Assembly (NCBI GenBank): GCA_964016885.1 | Contig: OZ024745.1 | Location: forward strand, 95,852,001-95,916,000 | DNA length: 64,000 nt | Reading direction: 5' to 3' | From: Eledone cirrhosa | Lineage: Eukaryota | Shown here: in pieces, positions 12,723 through 24,211 of the stretch | Numbering within the stretch: the stretch's first letter is position 1 | Layout: each line of letters opens with the position of its first letter | The notes under the pieces: model-generated | The model's input: the letters and a program-made list of their open reading frames with translations, nothing else | Database searches by the model: none | What the model was told of the DNA's origin: nothing | Translations under genes and position numbers: made by a program

Positions 12723-13609
12723 AAGATAATGATGATGACGACAGTGATGATGATGAGGACGATGGCAACGATGAGGAAGAGGGGGGGGGGATAAGTATTT
12801 GTATAATCCATTCTGCAGATTGACCACAGAATTCTTGTATTCATCATCATCGTCGTTTGTCCCACTGATTTAGTTTTCGGAGAAATGATCTCATCTGAAT
12901 TTTTATACTTCATTATAATCATTAGATTTACACCTACATTTTTTTCATGCTTTGGAACATTTGTAATGTGTTTCAATTCTTTCTCATGTCTTATGTGAAG
13001 ACCACAAAACTTGCTGTACATTTTCAAACAGCATTTATAATCCATTCATTTTTATGTTAAAACCTACTAGTCAGCCAAATCATTTTATGTCTAGCTGTTT
13101 TTCCAGTCTTCATTGTTATTTTCCTCATTATTCTCACTATCATCATTTTAACACCTATTTTTTGAAGCTGCCATGACTAAATCAGGTTTTCCATTCAGCA
13201 TTTTGGCATCCTTAAAGAAAGTGATTTAGTTCTTGGCAGATTTCTTTCCTGGTGTTTCATTCTCGATGGAAGGTTCTTTTTATTATTGTCAACTAACAGA
13301 CTGAAGTGAATATATTTATTGAGACAGGAACACAGGAGAAATCACCTTGCAGCATAAAAGCTCTATATATGAGTTTTATTCTATACAACAAGTTCGATTA
13401 TCTATGCTTCATAGGTACTGAGAGGTTTCCATTGATTGTAGTAAACCTTTACCAGGCCAGTATAGTCACTAAAGTAAAAGATAAGGGCATATAGAGAACA
13501 AGGTTGGGATAATAACACTGCCATGAGAGTTAGCAGTGTATATCCAACAGATTTATATAAATCATATTTTATGCTTTGTTAGTAAAAGATAAAATGTAAG
13601 AAAAACCAA

Positions 13610-13787
13610 CGAGGGTTAGTTGAAAAGTTCATAGGCTGCCCAAGATTCTCATAGAATGTAACCAAATGAGACTTATTATTCAACATAGACCCCCCTTGCA
13701 GTCCACACACTTCTTCTATCGACGTTGTAGTGCTTGGATCCCATTGGGGAAGAAACTCACACCTATGAACTTTTCAGCCCACCCTCG
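13610..13787. mobile_element. Mariner-type MITE
   Basis: TIRs cgagggttagttgaaaagttcatagg / cctatgaacttttcagcccaccctcg, with TA on the right flank. Confidence 0.8.
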
Positions 13788-13965
13788 TAAATCCACAATT
13801 TTTACTCTCAAAATACAGCACATGATGTTTGAGCCACCCCTTAGACACTTTTATTCAATTTTAAGCCAAAACATATTATACTAGCTGACTGTGGTTCAAT
13901 TAGAAACAAGCACCCAGCTTTAAAGTTCAATACAACATTTTAAATGTTTTATTTATAAGTTATAT

Positions 13966-14005
<40 letters not shown>

Positions 14006-14275
14006 CTGTTTTAAGTCAATATTTCCATGCTAGCATGAGTTAGACTGGTTGTCCTTGTGGGCAATGCTAGGTCAGGTGACTGTCTCTTGCGCATACAGAA
14101 CTGATTTTGGCTTGGTTTCTACAGCTGGATGCCCTTCCTAACAGCAACCTCATTTACAGTGAGTACTGGGTGCTTTTGTCATGTCACCAATATGACCACT
14201 TTACAGTGTGGACTGGGTGCTTTTGTTGTGTCACCAGCACGACCACTTTACAGTGTGGGCTGGGGGCTTCACTAG
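13966..14275 (-). mobile_element. RTE 3'UTR module (~41-bp tandem units, tgttaggaagggcatccagc core, (GAT)n tail)
   Basis: The same module occurs at 17205-17497, 20195-20565, 25260-25410, 36590-36810, 48270-48592, 55395-55597, 55645-56035 and 59880-60153. Confidence 0.8.
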
Positions 14276-14857
14276 ATGCATACTTCATACTGCCCTCATG
14301 GGAGATGTATGGGAGGGTGTATATACCGTATATATATTTCAGCTTCTGCCTGTGCCTGTGGGAAGTCTGGTCTTCTGTATCACTGCGAATATGTATATAT
14401 ATATATATATAAATATATACATACATACATACATATATATAAATATGTATATAAGGGATAACAAATTATCGTTAGAGATAATCCAGTTAGAGGTTGTGAA
14501 TACTTCGTATTGTGGATAGTTTTAGCGTACGGCATTGTTTGACTCAACAAGAGGTTTCCTTAGGTATCGAGTATATAAGTTCTTGGGAGTTCCTATGTAA
14601 GTTAATCTTGGAGTAATAAAAGTGAAAGAGTGAAGAATAACATGGTCAACAGTACAAAAAGGGTTTTATTTACAGTATTAACAATTGTTTCATTGGTTAA
14701 GTTGTCTTAAAATTGCTAATCACAAAAAAATAAATCAAATAAATTTAACAAATGGCTGAAACTATCAAAATAGAATATCTTTATTTATAATTTGAGGATA
14801 AATTATATTTAGGGAAAATGTAATTCTCTCTATCTATCTCTCTATCTATCTATCTAT

Positions 14858-16370
14858 TTGGGCGCCTGGCACCTCGAGTGCCTTCAGGCGCTCACAGCCC
14901 TCTACCAAGCAGAAACGGCAATCAGCGGAGACTCCACTTCGACATTCTATAGGGGATTAGTGGAGGATAAGTTCTCAGGGAAACTCTAGGCATCGAGGAA
15001 GATGAACTGACCTGTCTGTTCCAGAGGACTTTCCGTCCAAGGCCTATGGATAAATGGCAGTGCTACCGAGGAGCTCTACCAGTTCGAGACAAAATCTACA
15101 GGCACGGATGCTCTGGCAGAGATCCTGCCAAAAGGACCTGTCCAAGATACGAGCAGGACATCAAAACCGTTCTACATGCAATTGTTCAGTGCCCTGGGGT
15201 GACTGACCTGTGGAATTATGTTGAACAGTTACTGTCACGTGTGGGACGCATCCAGTTGTCGGCCGAGTCCATCGTGAGGATCACCCCGCCGCCTTCATTT
15301 AAGAATGAAGGAGAGGTGGTTTTCCTCTGTCTGGTGTCTATGACGAAAGAAGTAATAGGATGGACGAGGTTAAAAGGACTGAGGGCAAACACCTTTCTCT
15401 CCGGACAACAACTTATCACCTTCTTTAAGTACCACTTCAGAAGGAAGGTGAGAATGGAGAGAAAGGTGCTATACCCCAGTAAATTCACTGAAAGGTGGGT
15501 GAATGTGGCGAAAATGGCCTCTGTATATAAACTTGTAGGTTGATGAAGATAAACAGAGGGAAGACAGGAACACCTACAAAACGTGTTCCTGGTGTTGAGG
15601 GTTGTTCTATCCACGGGGTGTAAAACAAGCCCGCAGTAGCGTTGCCCCCCCCCCCTCTCCCCTAATGGGGATTTCATTTGTTTTATTTTTATATAGTTTA
15701 TTGTTATTTATCATTGTTAAAGATTTCATGTAAAACCCCCGCCGTCACGTCTTGTAATGTCCCATTTATTTGCGCCCCTGTGGCAAATAAAGAAAGATAT
15801 CTATCTATCTATCTATATCTATCTATATCTATCTTGGCTCGTGTAAATGGGCCTTCTCTGTATACCATCCTGTAGGTAAAGAAGTGAAGGAGAGGGGAGC
15901 ACCTTCTCCATGTGCTCCCCGGGCAAAGGATTGCACACTTTTTCGGGGGTGTGTGCAACCCCCATCACGTCCCCTCCCTTTTGAGGTTGTTTTCGATTAT
16001 TTTCATTTTATACCCTTTTTACTCGATTGTATGTAAACTCCCCCTTTGTATTTGTCCCTTCTTTTTATGCCTTTATGGTAAATAAAGAAATATATCTATC
16101 TATATCTATCTATCCTGTATATAATCCTGTAGGTTGAGAAAGATTAACCGAGGTAAGATGGGAACACCTACAAAATGTGTTCCTGGTTTTGAGGGCTGTT
16201 CTATCTATGGGGTGTAAAACAACCACGCAGTAACGTTCCCCCCTATTGGGGATTTCGATTGTTTTATTTTATATATAGTTTATTGTTATTCATTATTGTT
16301 AAAGATTTTATGTAAAACCCATTTTGTATGCCCCTGTGGCAAATAAAGAAATCTATCTATCTATCTATCT
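14858..16370 (+). mobile_element. L1/Tx1-clade LINE 3' fragment (zf-RVT region) plus two further 3'UTR copies in a (CTAT)n tract
   Basis: ORF 15046-15543 has W..YRGALPVRDK...CP....TVLHA..QC..V..LW, typical of the L1/Tx1 C-terminus. Three ends of the form ggcaaataaagaaa (one ggtaaataaagaaa) are each followed by (tatc)n at ~15795, ~16090 and ~16350. Confidence 0.75.
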
Positions 16371-18750
16371 TTCCCCCTCACTCTCTGAAACCATGTGATT
16401 GGGAAGTGAACTCCTTAACCACAGAGCCATGTACTTATCTTATTGTATTAACACCAACTGTAGTAATCGCATTCATAAATTTCTGATTGATTTCCAACAT
16501 TGAGATAACAGCTAGAACAATAAAACCACTGTCCAGTTTTGCTCATAAACTCTTTAAACTCTATACCAAGTTGTCTGCCTATCCTATGTGAATGCCAATA
16601 ACACTGTAAAACGTTCATTGGTTATACCCAATTCCAAACCAATAAGAACAGAAATAATAGAATTATATCAAATGATATAACTCTATTGCGTTTTTGTATT
16701 TAGTCCTCTGTTTGTTTTGTTTGTATGTTTTTTGTCTTTGTTTCTTCTATAAACTCAAGAAGTCTGGTTCATGACAGAATGAGAGATCTATGAACCATTG
16801 TAAAACAAAATCAATTTAATCGATGTCAGATTACAAAGTATATTTGTAAAACAAAACAAAATCCAAACACAAATTTAATTTCTCTTGTTCTCTACACAGC
16901 TTTAACTCAGAGAAAAGCCTTTTTTGTATCCTCAAATAAGAGCAAAGTAGCTGTCTAGATGATGACCTGTGGCAGAAATTTATAGGATAAGACTATTGAG
17001 AAAGATTCTTCCTATTTTTAATCTTTAGCTCAATATATTTTCTTTGTTTCTTTCTGTTTCTGTATCTATTTTACCAAACTCAGATGACTTGGATGGTTCT
17101 AGAATTTTGTAAATTTATAACTAATACGTTATAACTTGATATTTCCCTTAACCCTTTTATGGCCAAATTTGTAATAAGACATTGTTAAGTGATTGTGTAG
17201 GTGAGATGACAAAAAGCACCCAGCCCACACTGTAAAGTGGTTTTTCAGGTGTCATGATAAAATTCACCCAGGCCACACTGTAAAGTGGACGTGTAGGAGT
17301 CAACAAAAACCACCAAGCACACACTGTAAATGTGGTTGGCATTAGGAAGGGCATCCAGCTGTAGAAATCTTGCCAGAAACAGTTCTATATGAGCAAGACC
17401 CAACTTGCCTCAAATGGGACAAACTATCTAACCCATGCTAGTGTGGAAAATGGACATTAAATAAATGTTCATGTTGATGATGATGATGATGATGATACTG
17501 CCTATAAGTGACAAAGTATGGAAATTGGTAGATTAAAACTGCCTTAGTATTTGTTTCAGCTTAGTTTCAGCTCTTAGTTTAAATCTTGCTGAGGTCAACA
17601 TTGACTATTATATTTCTTTTAAGATCAATAAATAAAGTAACTGCCCAGTACTGGACAGTCGATTCTTTCTCTGAAAGATATCAGCTGTGTTTCAACCAAG
17701 AGAGGGATGGGTTTTGCCAGGCTTAAAATGCCTAAGACATGCTGTGTGTCAGGATAGCACCCTTATGACTGCACCACAAGTTAAGGGCTCTTTACTATAC
17801 CTATATATTACAACTCATTAACAATATAATCTAAAACTTGGAAGAGAGCTAGTTAATTGATTAAGCATATTTCAATCATTGATGGTTGTTTATCCTCAAG
17901 TCAGCCCTGATTGTCCAAACAGATGAACAAAGGAGTCTGACCATCCTCACTTTTTGTATATCAAGGTTTACATTGTCCAATATGCCAGGTGAGATTATAA
18001 GGAGGTTTAGCTGCTATTTCTAGCATGTCAAACAACCCTGAGCTGTTCCTTCATTATTTACCTATTCTGATAGACAGAGAATTATCCCTTTTCTAATGAA
18101 TATTCTTAAAAACAATTTTGAGTGTTGAGATTTATATATCTTTGATAATGTAATACTTCGGGTAAGGTTAGGTTTGAACATGGACCCTGTGGATTCAGTA
18201 GCTATTCATTACCTTCGTAATTGAGATCAATTTCCTTTCATTTTTTCACAAGGATCTTTCTTCTTCAGCTAACTCAACAGCAAAAATATGCCAGTTGGTT
18301 GTGTGGGTGTAGGTTCTAATCCAAAGTAAAAAGCAATTTCCAATTTGAAGAGAAAATCAAAACAACCCTTTTGAATAATGTTATTATAAGGAAACTAGAA
18401 GTGGATTAATCATTTAACCCTCTAGCATATAAACTGGCCGTGTCCAGCCAGAATTTTCTCACCTATTTCTGTTAAAACTGGCCATAACTGACCCCTCATA
18501 CTGATGTTAAGGTATTGTTCTCAAAATAAATAATATCAAAATCTCATAGTCACATCAGCTGATGTGACTATAATTTTTGCAACTATCTCTAGCGGAATAA
18601 ATGTCCACATTTGTTACTATCCCTTGCCTAGGGTTTCACATCATCACACCATGTTTTTTTCCATGCGGTTTTCCATGCGGATATCCGCAACTATATTGTT
18701 CTATGTACTATTTTTGCTCCTATATTTCTATTAGAATGCTGTAGACTATA

Positions 18751-18871
18751 CCCCTGATGAATATTCTGAGTCTACTGTAGTTTGATTATAATTGATACTT
18801 TGAGATTGATAACTGATTACATAGATTGGTTTTAAACTACAGTCTTCAGAATACAAAATAGTGCTATAGGG
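18751..18871 (+). ncRNA. Type I hammerhead motif with ~95-nt extended stem II (core G12 mutated)
   Basis: CCC-CTGATGA-A-TATTCTGA..ACTGTAGTTT...AAACTACAGT..TCAGAATA-C-AAAA-TAGTGCTA-TA-GGG. The stem II arms and the CCC/GGG stem I pair. CGAAA>CAAAA fits CpG decay. Confidence 0.7.
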
Positions 18872-18949
18872 TCTCTAATGATTCCATCCTGAGTAAATAT
18901 TCCTCTCTGAAATATGTATTTAGTATATATACAAAGAAAAGAATCCCCA

Positions 18950-18992
18950 GTCACTGAAGAGGTGACAGAATGTGTGACGAAAGAACTTTGAC
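18950..18992 (+). ncRNA. Minimal type I hammerhead motif
   Basis: GTCA-CTGAAGA-G-GTGACA-GAATG-TGTGAC-GAAA-GAAC-T-T-TGAC. Confidence 0.7.
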
Positions 18993-19904
18993 AATATATA
19001 AACAACCATCTGGTTGTGGAACCAACCAACCAACCGGAAATTTATAAATTCCTAAATTTATAAGTTTATTATAATAAATTGAAGTGAAAGCAACTGGTGT
19101 GTGTGTTTCTTATTGGCAACATGACCCTCCCAAAGTATAACAATATCGGTTTCAACACACGTTTTCAGATAAAGAATCTTGCTAAACAAATTCAGAAACG
19201 AAATATATACAATATTCTGTGTTTACTCTGGATTCTTCGGGATTATTCTGGTTCTTTCTCTCTCTATATATACATATATCTACATTTGACTTTTATGTAT
19301 ATATATGTATGGTGTTAGGAAGGGCATCCAGCTGTAAAATTCTCAACCAAATTTACAGTCCCGTCAAAGCAAGGTATGGTGTGTACAATTCTGGCCACAC
19401 TTGTCTCTCGACATGGACGACCCGTCTAACCCATGCAAGCATGGAAAAAGGATGATATATACCCAGTGACAAAGTGGTCTACTGCAATACCTGGAAAATC
19501 TTTGAGTGGACCTCTTAGTTTAAACCCTTCATTTGTGGTTGGCATGTTCACTTAGAAAGAAAAGATGCTCCTTAATTTTACTTATTTACTGAAACATCAG
19601 TTACAATTTTTACCAATTATATTTATTTATTCATTTATTCATTTATTTACATGCAATTGTTTATTGTCATTATATTAATCTTATTTTAGTTTCATATTTG
19701 GTTCTAGAAAAAGGACATCGATGTGTAAACGACTTGATAGAACTCATTAAATTTTAAATTGTTTATACATTAATTTTTAAATAAAGGCAACATTATGTTA
19801 AGAAATAACAAATATTAATCAAAATACAGGGAAATATGTATATACGGTGCAATTACTATGGTAAAATATTCAAATTATGATAATATTTTTATGAATAATG
19901 TAAT

Positions 19905-19976
19905 TGTTTCTACTTTTGGCACAAGGCCAGCAATTACCCAGTACATTACTGGTACATTATTTTATCGACCCCGTAA
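19905..19976 (-). mobile_element. 5'-truncated SINE (family 1) with 20-bp TSD
   Basis: atttttatgaataatgtaat at 19885-19904 and 19977-19996. Confidence 0.85.
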
Positions 19977-20638
19977 ATTTTTATGAATAATGTAATATCA
20001 GATAATCTGTTTAGTTGTTGAATTAAATAGTTTAAAGCTTTAAATAAGCTGCTAATTAAATGAGTTATTGCTGTCATATACTAAGCCTATAAGATATGTT
20101 ACACACTAGTACCAGAAAGTAAGAGGTATGTTGTATAAGCAGCTGTTATTTACTGCATATTCATATTGTGCAAATCAAGGATGCTGTATTATACAGCCAG
20201 TAGGCATCTCTAACAAAATACACCCCCGTCCCACCACCCACACCCCATCCACACCACCCCCTCCTATGTAAAGTTATGTTGGTGCCACAACATCCAGGCC
20301 GAAACAAATGAGATCGTGTAGGTGTCACGACAAAAAAACACACAGTCCACGCTGTAATGTGGCCGTGTAGGCAACACGGTAAAAACCTCCCAGTCCCACA
20401 CTGTAAATGTGGTTGGTGTTAGGAAGGGCATCCAACTGTAGAAAACCTGCCAGACAGTCCTATGCGAGCAAGACAATCACTCTTGCCTCAAGTGGGACTA
20501 CCCCTGTCCAAACCCATGCAAGCGTGGAACACGGACGTTAAACGTTGATGATGATGATGATGATGATATACATATATGTGTCTGATGGTAGGCAGTATGC
20601 CGGTTGAGCACTCTATGTTCTTACAGAGCAGAGTGTGA

Positions 20639-20900
20639 TATAATATAAAACGAAAAATCAGTGATGCATCTGAACTCAATTTATTGGGTGTTACAACTGT
20701 TTCGCTGGCGGACAGCTCGAGACACGATCATTGTGTGGATCTGTCTGATTCTAGATCTGCAGGTTCGACGGAACATCTGCGGATCCAGAATCAGACAGAT
20801 CCACACAATGATCGTGTCTCGAGCTGTCCGCTGGCAAAACAATTGTAACACCCAATAAATTGAGTTCAGATGCATCACTGATTTTTCGTTTTATATTATA
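20639..20900. mobile_element. ~260-bp palindrome; each arm carries a hammerhead 3' half
   Basis: Arms are reverse complements with a few mismatches. The minus arm reads gccagc-GAAA-CAGTTG-TA-ACAC, the plus arm gctggc-AAAA-CAATTG-TA-ACAC. Confidence 0.75.
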
Positions 20901-21025
20901 CATATATATATTTCGTTCCTGAATTTGTTAAGCAAGATTCGTTATCTGAAAACGTGTGTTGAAACCGATATTGTATATATTGTATATATATTGTGTATAT
21001 ATATATATATATATATTTTTTTTTT

Positions 21026-24013
21026 AATGACCATGCTGTAAAATGGAGGGGTAGAGAGGGCCCTTGAGTCTAGTAAGACATCCTCTCTAGTGCTGGTGGC
21101 ACAAATAAAAGCACCCAGTCCATGCTGTAAAGTAGCGCTGGTGTTAGGAAGGGCATCCAACCAGTGTATCAATGCCAAAACGCTTATCAGCACAGCAACA
21201 AATAGGAACAACAACAAAATATGAACACGTCGCATCTCAGAGTTGCTACACTTAATGTTGGTACTCTCAGAGGTAGATCTGCTGAAATAGCGGAGATGCT
21301 GGAGAGAAGGCATGTGGATGTGTGCTGCATGCAAGAGGTGAGATGGAGAGGTGCCTCTGCGAGACTAGTCATAGGCAAACGTCTTAGCTATAAGCTATTC
21401 TGTGTAGGTAAGGATGATGGGTTAGGGGGAGTAGGCATTTTCCTGGCTGAGAAAATGGATCAATAAGACAATAGAGGTAGTTCGAGTTAGTAATCGAATA
21501 ATTAAGCTTAGATTAGTTGTAGGCAGGAGACTACTGACAATCTCTGCCTATGCTGCCCAAGCAGGCCTAGGCAAAGATGAGAAAGACTGCTTTTACGAGC
21601 AACTTTTACAAACAACCGCAATAACAGAGGACGGAGACATCGTTATACTAGCAGGAGACTTCAATGGTCATGTTGGACAGCTCCAGGATGGTTACACTGG
21701 GGTACATGGTGGGCACGGTTACGGCTCAAGAAATGAAGAAGGAGTGAGACTTCTTGAATTATGTGATGCAGGTACATTGACTATTTGCAACACAAACTTC
21801 CAGAAACCTGCCAATCACCTAATAACCTACAAATCTGGTGAGCAGATTGACTTCTTACTAGTTAGTCAGCGGGACAGGCAGATAGTGTCTAATACCAAGG
21901 CATACCCTGGGGAAGAATGTACCCCACAGCATAGGTGAGTCGTTAGTTAGTGATATCTCAGTAAGCAAGAGATGGAATGAGACATACAGGAAGGTGTGGA
22001 GAAGAAAGGTCTGGAAGCTAAAAGACCTTTCACTAAAATACAAATTTAGGAAAGCCCTTCAAGATGTATATGTCGAAAAAGACGACGATTTAGAGACGTA
22101 TGACATAGATAATAACTGGAATTTCTTACGTGACAACTTGCTGGAGGCTACTGATGAAACTTGTTGCTGGAGCAGAGCTCCAACCAGACAGAGAGTAACC
22201 TGGTGGTAGAACAACACAGTAGATAAGGCCATTAGAGACAAAAGACTAGCATGGAAGGCTTGGAAAAAGGGTGGGAGTAGGGAAGAATATACAGCCACTA
22301 AGAGAGAAGCTAGACGTCAGGTGTACTTAGCACGCAGGGAGGCGGAGAGTAGGAGGTTTGCCAATGTTCTGCGACGGGAAGATCAGAGGTGTGCGGTGTT
22401 CCACATTGCAAGGCAGTGTGTCAATGCAAATCAGGATGTTGTTGGAGATAAATGATGCCGGTGTACTTAGTGTCACAAATGATCAGAAAAAGGAGGCCTG
22501 GAAATGTCATTATGAGAGACTGATGAATGTGGAGAACGAATGGGAGAGAGAGAAATTACCATTAGTAGATCCGACAGAGGGACCAGCTATTGAGATTGAT
22601 GAATATAGGGTCCAAGAGGCGATTAAGGAAATGAAAAATGGTAAGGCTGCTGGAACATCGGGAATAGTTGCTGAGATGCTGAAGGCATCAAGGGACGTAG
22701 GCACTAAACTGGTTGCACGCATCGTAAATCAGGCTATATATGGTGGTGTCATACCCAAAGACTGGTGCAGCAGTATTCTCATAAATTGCTACAAAGGTAA
22801 AGGGGATGCTCTGGAGAGGAGCAATTATAGGGGTATAAAACTGATGGATAAGGGTATGAAAGTGGCAGGAAGGATATTAGCACAACTAATTAGAGAAAGG
22901 GTCAAAGTAGATGAGATGCAGTTTGGTTTTGTGCCCGGGAAGAGTACAACAGATGCCCTCTTCTTGGTGAGACAATTGCAATAGAGGTTCTTAGAGAAAA
23001 ATAAGCCACTATACTTAGCCTTTGTTGACCTAGAGAAGGCCTTTGATAGGGTACCCCGATCTGTCATCTGGTGGTCCCTAAGGAAGCTAGGTGTTGAGGA
23101 ATGGCTTGTGAGGACAGTGCAAAGTTTGTACAGAGGTACTCTCAGTAAAGTCAGGGTAGGAATGGAGTTTAGTGAGGAATCCCAAATACAAGTAGGAGTA
23201 CATCAAGGTTCGGTCCTCAGCCCACTCTTGTTCATTATAGTCCTTCAAGCCATAACAGAGGAGTTTAAGACTGGCTGCCCATGGGAACTTCTCTATGCTG
23301 ACGATCTGGTTCTTATAGCAAAATCAGTAGAGGAGCTAGAGAATAAATTCTGGCTATGGAAACAGCAGTTTGAAGCAAGAGGACTGAGAGTGAATCTAGC
23401 TAAGACAAAAGTGTTGATGAGTAGAAAAGAGGACAAAACTCTGATTCCGTCAGGGAAATGGCCATGTTCGATATGCAGAAAAGGAACTGGCATAAATTCT
23501 ATAAAATGCACACAATGCAGATCCTGGGTACACAAGAGATGTAGCGGGATAGCAGGCAAACTAACAGGTAAGGAGAAATATGTATGCAGTAGATGTACAG
23601 GGAAATTAGACAGTAGAAGTCGCATTGATAGACACATTTTTCAAATGCAGGAGGGCGCTATAGAAGTGGTGGATAGCTTCCGGTACCTAGGAGATCAGAT
23701 TAGCATGGGAGGAGGGTGTTCCGAGGCCATAGTATCTAGAATAAGGACGGGTTGGAAGAAGTTTAGGGAGCTGCTTCCTCTGTTGACGAAGAAGGGTTTC
23801 TCCCTGCATACGAAAGGCCGGTTGTATGATGCCTGTGTGAGGAGCGCGATGCTGCATGGTAGTGAGACATGGGCAGTAACTGCAGAGGACATGCGACGAC
23901 TGGAGATGACGAAGGACCGTGACGAGTGGAGAGATGCTGTGCTGAATAAGACCCGTCCCACCCTTGCAAGCAGGGAAAAGCGGACGTAAAATGATGATGA
24001 TGATGATGATGAT
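21026..24013 (+). mobile_element. Near full-length RTE-clade LINE, pseudogenised: AP endonuclease, RT, PHD-like finger, (GAT)n tail
   Basis: LRVATLNVGTL..DVCCMQEVRW (21221), ILAGDFNGHVG, QFGFVPGKSTTDA, GVHQGSVLSPLLF and LLYADDLVL motifs. Several stops and frameshifts. Ends REKRT* then (gat)n. Confidence 0.95.
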
Positions 24014-24035
24014 ATATTATATATATTGTATACAT

Positions 24036-24071
<36 letters not shown>

Positions 24072-24168
24072 ATATATACAATATATATATATATATTTCG
24101 TTCCTGAATTTGTTTACCAAGATTCTTTATCTGAAAACGTGTGTTGAAACCGATATTGTTATACTTCA

Positions 24169-24211
24169 GTCACTGAAGAGGTCACAGAATGTGTGACGAA
24201 AGAACTTTGAC
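24169..24211 (+). ncRNA. Minimal type I hammerhead motif (intact core)
   Basis: GTCA-CTGAAGA-G-GTCACA-GAATG-TGTGAC-GAAA-GAAC-T-T-TGAC: 4-bp stem I, perfect 6-bp stem II. Confidence 0.75.

Noticed and set aside
8325-13300. Scattered minus-strand exon-like stretches (~8330-8402, ~12935-13012, ~13228-13293)
   Set aside because: Short open frames with plausible splice dinucleotides are expected by chance, and no coherent protein emerges.
20661-20878. Mirror-image 65-aa ORFs on both strands
   Set aside because: A by-product of the palindrome.
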